Source: an uncultured virus (IMG/VR IMGVR_UViG_3300033170_000462) (taxonomy: Duplodnaviria > Heunggongvirae > Uroviricota > Caudoviricetes). From it: a stretch of 64,000 nucleotides of DNA. The first letter of the stretch is position 1, and the number at the start of each line of letters is the position of its first letter. Below are positions 47,673 to 56,412 of this stretch, piece after piece. A program made the translations under genes and the position numbers. The stretch lies in the IMG/VR virus record IMGVR_UViG_3300033170_000462; one strand, given 5' to 3'. A model generated the notes under the pieces. The model was not told the origin of the DNA. It saw only the letters and a list, made by a program, of their open reading frames with translations, and did not search any database.

Positions 47673-47722
47673 TGTAACGCGCCGCCCGGTTTGGCACCGT
47701 TTTTCGTTTGATTTGGCACCGT
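47673..47722. repeat. Putative Mu-like right end with transposase-binding repeats
   Basis: TGT at 47673, then TTTGGCACCGT at 47690 and 47712 (22-bp period). Confidence 0.65.
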
Positions 47723-47754
47723 CGGCGGCGCTCGGTTTTGCTTGTAGTTGTGGT

Positions 47755-48576
47755 TCAGAAAGTTTCGAATAATCCCTCCTGAAAACTTCTCGGTTTAGGT
47801 ACTCCACCGGGCCAGGTGCCGTAGATCAATTCGGTGCATTCGGCCTGTTTTCCGTTGCCTCCCACGGTGTATTGATAGGCCACTTCGACCACTGGCAGGT
47901 GCTTGAACAGGGCGCGGATGTCGGGATGGTCGTTGATGGAGATGAGCATCTGGCCTTTGATGGTTTTGGACAGTTGGGCCATGGCTTCGTATTGCTCCCA
48001 GGCGAACTCGACGCCGTAGCCTTCCGTCTGCCAGTAGGGCGGATCGCAGTAGAATAGTGTGTGCGGCCGGTCGTATTTGGCGATGACCTGTTGCCAGTCG
48101 AGGTGCTCGATGGTGGTGCCGGTCAGGCGGTAATGGGCGTCAGCCAGGTCCTGCTCCAGGGTGAAGATGTTGAACCTCGGCCGGCTGGTGGTCGCGGTGC
48201 CGAAGGATTGGCCGTCCACCTTGCCGCCGAAGGCGAGCTTTTGCAGGTAGAGAAAACGGGCCGCGCGCTGCACGTCGGTCAGGGTTTCGGGCGGGGTGGC
48301 CTGCAGCCATTGCCAATTCTCACGGCTGGTCAAAGCCCATTTAAACTGCCGGTAAAGCTCCTCCAGGTGGAACTTTACCACCCGGTAAAGGTTAACCAGA
48401 TCGCCGTGCACGTCGTTGAGAATCTCGACTTCCGACGGCCGCTTGAGAAAGAACAGGGCCGCGGCACCGCAGAAGGGCTCGACGTAGCATTTGTGCTCCG
48501 GAAAGAGCGGCAGAATGTGGTCGGCGAGTTTGCGTTTGCCGCCGATCCAAGGAATGAGGGGTTTACAGGACATCAT
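47755..48576 (-). CDS. DNA adenine methyltransferase, Dam/D12 class
   Basis: PWIGGKRKLA, YVEPFCGAA, EILND, LFYCDPPY; located at the mom-equivalent position. Confidence 0.93.
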   Translation of the reverse strand: MMSCKPLIPWIGGKRKLADHILPLFPEHKCYVEPFCGAAALFFLKRPSEVEILNDVHGDLVNLYRVVKFHLEELYRQFKWALTSRENWQWLQATPPETLTDVQRAARFLYLQKLAFGGKVDGQSFGTATTSRPRFNIFTLEQDLADAHYRLTGTTIEHLDWQQVIAKYDRPHTLFYCDPPYWQTEGYGVEFAWEQYEAMAQLSKTIKGQMLISINDHPDIRALFKHLPVVEVAYQYTVGGNGKQAECTELIYGTWPGGVPKPRSFQEGLFETF

Positions 48577-48928
48577 GAGCCTCTCTTGTTGATTGAGTGG
48601 GTTAGATTGTGCTAGGCTCGTCCCGCCGTGAGCTCGCGGTGGGGGAGCCTTTGGTCCGGCTCACAGTCCCTGTTACTGTGGGTTGGGCGGTCGGACGGTG
48701 TCCCCACACCGTCCGGCCGCTCCCTCGTCTTTCTCCTGCCTCAGCGTGTTTGCCGGTAAAGCCGGCGCATGATTCCGCCCTTGCTCCGTTTTCCGCCAGG
48801 CAAATTAGAATTATTGACAAACAATTAGTCTTGGCATATCTATAACCTATCTAATAAAATTTGATGCATCTTGTGGGCGCCGCCAGTTGTCTCGGTATCT
48901 TTTTGCCGGCTTTGGAAAGGAGAGTCCC

Positions 48929-49183
48929 ATGGCCTACGTCAAATGTCCCCATTGCGGCAAGCACACCAGTAACCTGGCACCGTGCTGCGTTTTCTGCAAA
49001 TCAGCGGTCGAGCCGCCGCCCGTGCTGGAGGAGCCCGTGACCATTCCGCTATCTTTCAGCGACTTCAAACCCTGCCCTAAATGCGGTGCGCCGGTAAAGA
49101 AAGCGGCCTACTTTTGCAAGTATTGCGGCTTTTCCCTCGATGGATCGCTATGTCTACGCGGTACGCCGACCTTTCTGCCTTGA
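48929..49183 (+). CDS. Double zinc-ribbon protein (moron)
   Basis: AAGGAG RBS; four CxxC; opposite strand to the phage genes behind an AT-rich leader containing TTGACA. Confidence 0.7.
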   Translation: MAYVKCPHCGKHTSNLAPCCVFCKSAVEPPPVLEEPVTIPLSFSDFKPCPKCGAPVKKAAYFCKYCGFSLDGSLCLRGTPTFLP

Positions 49184-49193
49184 TGCAAAAGGG

Positions 49194-49544
49194 CTACGGC
49201 AACGCCAGCAACGTTTCCCAGGCCCCGCCGGTAAATACATCCAATTTGCGGTCCTCGGTCACCCAGGCCAGCCAGCCTTCGCCCGGGGTGTGAAATTCCC
49301 AGACTTCGGCGATGCGCACGGCGATTTTGCCGACCTGGCCGGCCCAGGCGCCGGTGGCGCCGGCGGGTACGATGTAGCGGTCGCCGTTGGTCGAGCCGGC
49401 CGGGACGGGGGCGGTTTTGCTAATTACCGCCAGCTGCACCAGGGCGCCGAGTTTTTTCAGGTTGGCGTCCATGCCGTTTTTCCAGCCGCTCTCGCGGAAC
49501 TCCCAGCCGTAGTTCAATCCCAGATTCGGGTCCGTCAATGCCAT
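49194..49544 (-). CDS. DUF2793-like tail protein
   Basis: GDRYIVPAGATGAWAGQ...WEFHTPGEGWLAWV. Confidence 0.85.
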   Translation of the reverse strand: MALTDPNLGLNYGWEFRESGWKNGMDANLKKLGALVQLAVISKTAPVPAGSTNGDRYIVPAGATGAWAGQVGKIAVRIAEVWEFHTPGEGWLAWVTEDRKLDVFTGGAWETLLALP

Positions 49545-49547
49545 AGA

Positions 49548-51716
49548 TCACTCTCCGTAGTAGGCGCCGTAAAACATGCCGTAGCCGCGACATTCTTCAA
49601 GGGTGTGCTCCTGGGCCTGCCAGGAATGAAACCCGTCGCGCTGGCTGTCCAGCAGGACGCGCAGGCGTTCGTTGGGCCGACCCAGGCCGCTGTCGGCGAT
49701 TTCGTCGGCCATGGCATAGCCGTATGCGGTGCCGGCGATGCCGCTGACGGTGCGCAGCAGGGTGTTGTTTTCACCGTAGATGCGCAACCGGTAAGTGGTG
49801 CCCGGTTCGGGGCCGATATCGGTCTCGTCCTGGGCGACGAAATAGGCGGTCTGCTGCAGGCGATGGCGATGCGCCCAGGCTATGCTCAGGGCGCCGCTGA
49901 TGGTCGCCGGATAGACCGCGCCGTTGATGCGAAACCGGCCCGGCGGATAGGGTCGAATCATGCGCGCCGCAAAGGTCAGGCTGTCGGCCGGCGCCGCCGC
50001 CTCGGCCAGGGTGCCGCGGGAGGTCACCGTGAGGGCTTTGGTTTGGACCGCCTCCGGCTGGTAATAATCCACCTCGTCCGACGCCGCCCAATGACCCGCA
50101 AACCAGAGCCTTGCCCCGGCCGCATGGGCCGCCGGCACCGTATCCAGCACCCCGCGCTTGAGGGTCGCCGTTTCCGTCGCCGTATTCAGGGCCACAATCT
50201 CCACCAGTTCATCGCCCAACAGGGCGTAACTGCCCGGTTCCACCAGGTCCAGATCCAGGCCGCCGTACAGGGTCACGGCGACGACGGTCTTGCCGATGGC
50301 CTCGGCAAGCTGCGCCGTCGGCGTGAACTCGCCGCTGCCGTGGTCCGCAAAGGCGCCGCCGGAGGTGGTTTTGAGAATATAGTTGAGAGCATCGCTGCTC
50401 GGCTTGGCGGCGCACAGCCGCAGGCGGCCCAGCAGCGCATCCAGTTCCGCCCACACCGTCGGCGATTCGCCGAAAACCTGCACCAGGTCCCAGTAGGGGG
50501 CTTCAAACAGGCGACGGTAGGGTGCCGCTGCCGGCAAGGATACCGGGTTCACCCAGCCGGTGGCCGGCGGCGCGGCATAGCTGGCGACGGCCACGCCGTG
50601 GATATCCTGCGTAGCGTGGATGGTGATGCGACCGTCCGTCAGTTCCCCGTAATCGATCTTCGAGACCCGCAGGATCTCGTCCGTAACGCCGTATTCCGGC
50701 CAGCGAAAGCGAAAAGCGTCTCCCAGCCGCAAGCCGATGAGGCTGCGGTTGCCCGTCGCCACCAGGGTTGAGAGCTCCGCCGAGAGGTTGCGCAGGTCCC
50801 GGGCCGCCAGCATATTGGCCACCTGGCCGTTGGTGACCCCGGGATAGGTGACCTCGTGGGCGATGATCTGGCCCTGGGCCTGCAGCAGGCCCATGTTGTG
50901 CAGGGTGATGGCCTGCTCCTGATTGGTCGGCCCGTCCGTATAGTTCAGGATCAGGGTGTTGACCAGCTCCGCCTGGCTGCGCCGGGCATAGGACTGCACC
51001 TCGATGAGGTTCGAGGCATCCAGCACCGGCAGCTGGGCCGGAGCGTAATCCTGGCGCACCAGCCTGAGCACGAACTTGCCCGTAAAAATGTCGGTGAAGA
51101 GCACACCTTCGATGTGACGCAGCACCTCGGCGATGAAATCTTCGATGGTGGCCGAGCGGTCCCACAGCAGGGACAGCCCCAAGCCCTCCGCAGCCAGGGC
51201 CGTGCGGGCCGCGGCGAAAGAGGCACCGTCCAGATCGCCAGACGGATAGCCCATGCCCCATTCGCCGTTGGTCAGACACTCCTCGATGATGGCCGCCGGG
51301 TTCATATCCGTGCCGATGGCCGCCCCAGCCGTGCGCCGCACATAAAAAGACCACGGCTTGATGTAGGGGTTCATGGCCGCCACATAGACCTGCCGCAGGA
51401 TAAAGGACAGCACCCCCCGGTAGCCCGGCGTGCGATCCGCGCCCAGGCGGGCCGTCAGATAAGGGTTGGCGGTCTGGGTCGCCTCGCCGAAAGCCACGTC
51501 CACATAGCCCTGGATGCCGCCTTCCTTCTTCTCGCCGCCGAAGATGTTCGGCTTGTTGATGTAGACGCTCCCCGAGGCATTCACCGCCGTGGCGTGGATG
51601 TCCTCATCCCCGGCGCGAATCTTCAACACCGCGTCTACCGGGCCGTGACAGCAGACCATGTGCATGCCGACGAAATAGCGATAGCCGATGGTGTATTTTT
51701 TGCCGCCCTTACCCAT
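49548..51716 (-). CDS. Tail tip/central tail protein
   Basis: YTIGYRYFVGMHM, IFGGEKKEGGIQG, PGYRGVLS, MNPAAII, KRGVLDTVPAAH. Confidence 0.85.
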   Translation of the reverse strand: MGKGGKKYTIGYRYFVGMHMVCCHGPVDAVLKIRAGDEDIHATAVNASGSVYINKPNIFGGEKKEGGIQGYVDVAFGEATQTANPYLTARLGADRTPGYRGVLSFILRQVYVAAMNPYIKPWSFYVRRTAGAAIGTDMNPAAIIEECLTNGEWGMGYPSGDLDGASFAAARTALAAEGLGLSLLWDRSATIEDFIAEVLRHIEGVLFTDIFTGKFVLRLVRQDYAPAQLPVLDASNLIEVQSYARRSQAELVNTLILNYTDGPTNQEQAITLHNMGLLQAQGQIIAHEVTYPGVTNGQVANMLAARDLRNLSAELSTLVATGNRSLIGLRLGDAFRFRWPEYGVTDEILRVSKIDYGELTDGRITIHATQDIHGVAVASYAAPPATGWVNPVSLPAAAPYRRLFEAPYWDLVQVFGESPTVWAELDALLGRLRLCAAKPSSDALNYILKTTSGGAFADHGSGEFTPTAQLAEAIGKTVVAVTLYGGLDLDLVEPGSYALLGDELVEIVALNTATETATLKRGVLDTVPAAHAAGARLWFAGHWAASDEVDYYQPEAVQTKALTVTSRGTLAEAAAPADSLTFAARMIRPYPPGRFRINGAVYPATISGALSIAWAHRHRLQQTAYFVAQDETDIGPEPGTTYRLRIYGENNTLLRTVSGIAGTAYGYAMADEIADSGLGRPNERLRVLLDSQRDGFHSWQAQEHTLEECRGYGMFYGAYYGE

Positions 51717-51903
51717 GGCACCGCTCCCGGGCCGCATCCACCGCCCTCAAGGCCATGGCATCACCTGTCGCCAGCAGTCGCTCCGCCTCGATGCCATCGC
51801 GCAAGAACGCGCCGAAGTCCAGGTCGTGATGCCGAAAGAAGCGCCGGGTGCGCACCCCGAGACAAAGCCCGGCCGCGCGGACATCCTGCACGGTCACCCT
51901 CAT
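51709..51903 (-). CDS. Small tail assembly protein
   Basis: CLGVRTRRFFRHHDLDFGAFLRDGIEAERLLATGDAMA; coupled to neighbours. Confidence 0.75.
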   Translation of the reverse strand: MRVTVQDVRAAGLCLGVRTRRFFRHHDLDFGAFLRDGIEAERLLATGDAMALRAVDAARERCHG

Positions 51904-52136
51904 TTGCCACCCGCCTTCTCGCGGATGGGCGTCGTGCGCAGATCGCCGTACCAGACCACGTTCGGCCCGGTAATCCAGCGCGTGCCGAACAGCACCGGAA
52001 TCTCGCGGCCGGCCTGGGCCGTGGGAAAATCGATTTCATTCAGGCCCGCCGGCTTCACCTGCGGCGCCGAGGTTTTCGGCCGCATGGCGTAACTGACCAC
52101 CGCCATGACCACCATCCATGCCAATTGCCACCACAT
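51900..52136 (-). CDS. Small tail assembly protein
   Basis: FPTAQAGREIPVLFGTRWITGPNVVWYGD. Confidence 0.8.
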   Translation of the reverse strand: MWWQLAWMVVMAVVSYAMRPKTSAPQVKPAGLNEIDFPTAQAGREIPVLFGTRWITGPNVVWYGDLRTTPIREKAGGK

Positions 52137-52146
52137 ACCACACCTC

Positions 52147-52953
52147 CTACAACAGGTTGCTGCCCAAGGACGAAAACGGATTGCGCAGGGGGATGAACTC
52201 GAACCCGCCGAAATTGACCAGATTCCCGAACTTGTCCCGACAATGGGTCGAACTGTGATCGCAGCCGGGGAACACCCGCACCGTCGCCCCCGCCGCCAGG
52301 TTCGGCACCGGCCGATCCAGCACCAGCGTCGCGGCGGCATGGCCCTCTACCGTGCGGTAGACCGTATCGCCGTGGCGCAGAAAACCGGCCGTGAACCAGC
52401 CGTCCGGATACGCGGCCGCCGCCGGTACCGTCAACGTGGCGCCGCTCACCGCCGCCACCGTGCCCGTCACCTGGAAATTGGCCGAACTGACCCCGCAGCG
52501 CGTCCCGTACAGCGCGTGCCGGCACAGCACCTGGTAGCGGGCGCGCAGTCCCTGCCGTTTCAGGCTGGTGAAGATGGATTCGCAGGGCAGCTGCGCCTCG
52601 GCGCCCTTGAACACCACCGTCGCCACCCGACCCTTCCAGAACACCATGAAATCGTCCTCGCCCTGGTGGCCCCGGTACAGAGTCAACGACGCCAGCCGCC
52701 CCGCCGTGCCGGCGATGAAGGCCGCCACAAAGGGATTGTCGCGGCTGGTACGCACCGTCAGCCCGGCACGCGGCACCTCGTCCGTCATCGAAATGGCATC
52801 GCGGCCGATGGGTACCGGCGTGTACACGCCGCCATGGGCATCCACGGCATGATCCGCCGAGGTGAAGCGCCAGGCCGTCAGGCCCAGGGTAAATTCGTAC
52901 AGCTCCAGCGGCCGTCCGCCATGGACGCTGGTTTCCCTCTCCAACAGGCTCAT
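52147..52953 (-). CDS. DUF2163/BR0599-family tail hub protein
   Basis: CRHALYGTRCGV; PGCDHSSTHCRDKFGNLVNFGGFEFIP. Confidence 0.88.
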   Translation of the reverse strand: MSLLERETSVHGGRPLELYEFTLGLTAWRFTSADHAVDAHGGVYTPVPIGRDAISMTDEVPRAGLTVRTSRDNPFVAAFIAGTAGRLASLTLYRGHQGEDDFMVFWKGRVATVVFKGAEAQLPCESIFTSLKRQGLRARYQVLCRHALYGTRCGVSSANFQVTGTVAAVSGATLTVPAAAAYPDGWFTAGFLRHGDTVYRTVEGHAAATLVLDRPVPNLAAGATVRVFPGCDHSSTHCRDKFGNLVNFGGFEFIPLRNPFSSLGSNLL

Positions 52954-54620
52954 TGTGCCACTCCTCTCAGCGACAGCTGACAGCGGCCGCGACCCGGGCC
53001 ATCCCAGACCAGCTCGATGCGGTCCGCCGCCAGCCTGACCAGGCGCAGATAACTGACCTTAAAGGTGTCCGGTCCGCCTGATAGGCCCAGGGCCGCATCC
53101 AGACTCAGGGTTTCGACCCCGTCGCCCTCGGTCGCCCCGAGCACTTTGCGCAGCCGCACGCTGCCGTCCGGCAGCCGAAAACACAGATGCCGGTACATGG
53201 GATCACCGAGCAGGTAGCGGGCGTAGCCCACCGCCTCGATGACGATGTCCGTCTGGTCGGCGGCGAACTCCGCCGCCACCGTCAGATCCGCCCCATCGCT
53301 CGGCAGCCAGAAGGGCGTCGTCTGTCCGGCCAGGCCGTGCAGCCAGCGCCGCAGGGTCCAGGCCGCTTCCCGCTGGTCCGGCTTCATGAACAGACGCGGG
53401 GAATTGACCCGGGCGTGGCTCATGCGCGATTCCACCGCCACCATCCCCGAACCGTAATCGAGCACCTCCATGGGCCAGAACAGCTCGCGCGGCGCGGTGC
53501 CTTCGTCCGTCAGTCGGGTCGGCGCGGTCAGCACCTCGTAGCCCAGATACGTCACCGGCGGTGGCGGTGCCGACAAAGGTTCATTGTCCAATACTCGCCA
53601 GTGCAGCCGATACCGGCCGTAGGTGATGCCATCCTCCAGCGGTACGGCATCGGGCAGGCGCGCCTGACGCAGCGGCACCAGGCTGCTGCCGGCCGGCCAA
53701 TCCGCCAGGGTCGGCCGCGCCAGCAACAGGGACTGCTCCGTCAAGAATGTGATCTCCACCGCTTCGTATTGCAGCGCCGAGCGCCACAGCAGCGCCGTAC
53801 CGCCTTCGCGGTACTCGGCGAAACGGCTATCCACGGCGATGCTTTCGGCCCCCGCCGGCACCGGAGCAGACAGAAACCGCTGTTGGGGCCAGACCGGCAT
53901 GCCGAAAACCCGCGCCTGCCACCCGCCCAACAGAGCCTGCAGGCGCTGCCGTTCCAAACCGTTCGGGGCCACCACCTCCCAAGCGAACTCCTGGCGCGGA
54001 GCCCGGCGAACCTGGCAGCGCTGCTCGCTGCCGTCGTAGGCTTCCAGCACGTCGGACAGCCATTCCAGGGATTCCTCCACGGGCGCCTCCGGAATGAACG
54101 GGAACACCACCAACCGCCGGCCGCTGATGCGCACCGCGGCGGTGCCGCCGGTGAAGATGAAGTGATAGCGGCCCTCGATGATGGCCGGACCGTTGGTCAG
54201 CACCGTCAGGGAAAACACCGCTTCCGTCAGGCCCGCCACGGTAAAGGGCACCCCATCCGGCAGCAGGGCCATGCCTTCGGTGCCCTCGCCCTGGATGGCC
54301 GAGCACACCTGTGCGGTGAAAAAGGTATTCCAGATGCGCACCTCGCGCACCTGCACCGACAGCAGGTTGCCCAACTCCAAAACGGTCGGCGAGGGGATCA
54401 GCCGGCCGAACAGATCCCCGCCGAACCCCGCCGCCCGACAGCCGCCCTCCATCAGAGCCGGTTCGGCCAGGGGCTGGCTATCGATGAGGGCGCCGGCCCT
54501 CGGCGCCGCCGCCAACCAACCGGCCCGCAAGGCCGCCAGGGGGGCATAGTCCGCCAGGTTGCGCGACAGCGCCCCGGTCCGGACCGAACGCGGCGGGGCG
54601 GCGGGGGTGCCCACCATCAC
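52950..54620 (-). CDS. Distal tail/virion structural protein
   Basis: ESLEWLSDVL...EQRCQVRRAPRQ; GQTTPFWLPS. Confidence 0.75.
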   Translation of the reverse strand: MMVGTPAAPPRSVRTGALSRNLADYAPLAALRAGWLAAAPRAGALIDSQPLAEPALMEGGCRAAGFGGDLFGRLIPSPTVLELGNLLSVQVREVRIWNTFFTAQVCSAIQGEGTEGMALLPDGVPFTVAGLTEAVFSLTVLTNGPAIIEGRYHFIFTGGTAAVRISGRRLVVFPFIPEAPVEESLEWLSDVLEAYDGSEQRCQVRRAPRQEFAWEVVAPNGLERQRLQALLGGWQARVFGMPVWPQQRFLSAPVPAGAESIAVDSRFAEYREGGTALLWRSALQYEAVEITFLTEQSLLLARPTLADWPAGSSLVPLRQARLPDAVPLEDGITYGRYRLHWRVLDNEPLSAPPPPVTYLGYEVLTAPTRLTDEGTAPRELFWPMEVLDYGSGMVAVESRMSHARVNSPRLFMKPDQREAAWTLRRWLHGLAGQTTPFWLPSDGADLTVAAEFAADQTDIVIEAVGYARYLLGDPMYRHLCFRLPDGSVRLRKVLGATEGDGVETLSLDAALGLSGGPDTFKVSYLRLVRLAADRIELVWDGPGRGRCQLSLRGVAQ

Positions 54621-55501
54621 AGCACCTTTCTCACGGCCAGGCCCAGCGGCAAAGAGCCCAGATCGGCAATGGGAAAGACCATCCAGGTTTCATCGCCCAG
54701 ATCGATTTCGGCGCCGACGGTCAGGTAATCGCGCCGCACCACCCGCAGATGGGGCGCGTAGCCCAGGGGCCAGAAGTTCGGGCTGCCCGTGGCGAAATAC
54801 AGGGGCAGCAGCGGCGTCACCCCGCCCAGGGAAAGGGCCGATTGCAGGATGGTCGAGAGAAAGCCGTCGGTGCTGGTGGTGCCGGAAGGCAGGGGCGGCA
54901 TGATAGCGCGTGCGGTATTGGAGTTGTACCAGCCGTTGGCGTGATCGGCGTCCTCCAGATAGGCAAAGGCGGTGGTGGTGACAAAGGGTAGAGAGAAGGC
55001 CGTCGCTTGGTTATACCTTCCACTACCGCCAAAATACATACCCCCGGCATAATCACCGAATTTGACCAGGTTGCCCCAGTGCAGGCTGCGGATTTGGCCC
55101 ACCGCCACCTCGACGAACACGTCGACGCTGGTCTCATGGGCAAAAAACCAATAGGCGGGCAAGGCACCCGGCGCCTCCGGCAGAGTTACGCCGCGCATCT
55201 GGTTGTTGGAGTTTCGTGGCGCACCCGGCTGATTGTCCCAAGCCAGGCCCGCGTCAAAGCCCTTGGACCCATACAACCCCAGGCCTTGTAACGAAGAGGA
55301 CCAGCCGCTACTGAGTGCTTCGCCGCTGCCCGAAGTGCTGCGCAGGTTGGCGAACACCCCGTCCTTGGCCACGTGCAGCCGCCAGCCCGAGGCGCCGTCG
55401 GCGGCGTGCAGGTTGACGCTCCAGCCGGCCGTCTGCAAAAAGGTTTTGAGTTTGGCCAGCAGATCATGCCGATCCGCCGCCGCTCCGGTCTCATAGGCCA
55501 T
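54617..55501 (-). CDS. Virion structural protein
   Basis: MAYETGAA...DLLAKLKTFL; GGAG RBS. Confidence 0.75.
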   Translation of the reverse strand: MAYETGAAADRHDLLAKLKTFLQTAGWSVNLHAADGASGWRLHVAKDGVFANLRSTSGSGEALSSGWSSSLQGLGLYGSKGFDAGLAWDNQPGAPRNSNNQMRGVTLPEAPGALPAYWFFAHETSVDVFVEVAVGQIRSLHWGNLVKFGDYAGGMYFGGSGRYNQATAFSLPFVTTTAFAYLEDADHANGWYNSNTARAIMPPLPSGTTSTDGFLSTILQSALSLGGVTPLLPLYFATGSPNFWPLGYAPHLRVVRRDYLTVGAEIDLGDETWMVFPIADLGSLPLGLAVRKVL

Positions 55502-55505
55502 GCGA

Positions 55506-56411
55506 TTACTCCAGTCTAAGCGCCCAGTAACGGTCCGCCGTGGTGCGGTGGACATCCTGCACCACCAAGTGATCGACCCCGTCGACATCGATGAGGTTGC
55601 CGGCGGCGTTGCCGTGCCCCGCCACCCAGAAAGCGCCATCCACCTCGCCGTAAACCATGGGCGCCGGACTCACCAGCATGGGCAGAATGGGAAACAGGGT
55701 CCGGCTGCCGTCATGGTTGGCCCGCAGATTGGCGAATACCGTCGTGGGGCCGGTGATATAGGGCCACAGGCCGCTGGTGGAAGCCGACGTGCCCAGGTTG
55801 CGCCATTCCTCGCCGGTGAAAAACACCGTTACCCCGCGCGAGGAGGAGATGGTCGGATACAACAGGCCGTGGGAGTGTTGACTGCCCGTATCCGACCAGC
55901 GGGCCGCCGCCGTCAGGCCGCTGCCCGCCACCAGGTAGGGCAGCGGCAGGGCCGCGGGCGGCGCGTAGGGGAGGATCAGTCCCAGGTGCGCCAGCTCGAA
56001 CACCGTCGAGATCTTGGCCACCACCATGAATCGCCGGCCGTTGGCCACAAACCAGTAGTCGATGGCGTGCTGCCAGAGGTACACCTTCGGCCGCTCGGCC
56101 AGAATCAGCCCCGGCTGGGCCGCCCAGCCCAATCCGGGGTCGTACCCCAGGGCCGGCCCCAGCTCCCAGTTGTAGTAATCGCCGGCCAGGGACGAATAGG
56201 TGCGGATGCCCGCATAGATTTCGTCGTTTCCGGACAGCCCCGGACCTTTGACGATCAGCTCCCACTCGCCGGCCGCGTCCGGCCGCTCTCGCCAGCTCAG
56301 CGGGGTCCACTGCTGCCCGGCGGCCACCAACTCGGCATCGGTGGTCAAAAACAGCCGCAGTTTATCGAGCAGATCCAGGTAGCCGGCGGCGGTTCCGATT
56401 GCCACAGCCAT
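55506..56411 (-). CDS. Virion structural protein
   Basis: YWFVANGRRFMVVAK; follows the tape measure gene. Confidence 0.78.
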   Translation of the reverse strand: MAVAIGTAAGYLDLLDKLRLFLTTDAELVAAGQQWTPLSWRERPDAAGEWELIVKGPGLSGNDEIYAGIRTYSSLAGDYYNWELGPALGYDPGLGWAAQPGLILAERPKVYLWQHAIDYWFVANGRRFMVVAKISTVFELAHLGLILPYAPPAALPLPYLVAGSGLTAAARWSDTGSQHSHGLLYPTISSSRGVTVFFTGEEWRNLGTSASTSGLWPYITGPTTVFANLRANHDGSRTLFPILPMLVSPAPMVYGEVDGAFWVAGHGNAAGNLIDVDGVDHLVVQDVHRTTADRYWALRLE

Positions 56412-56412
56412 G

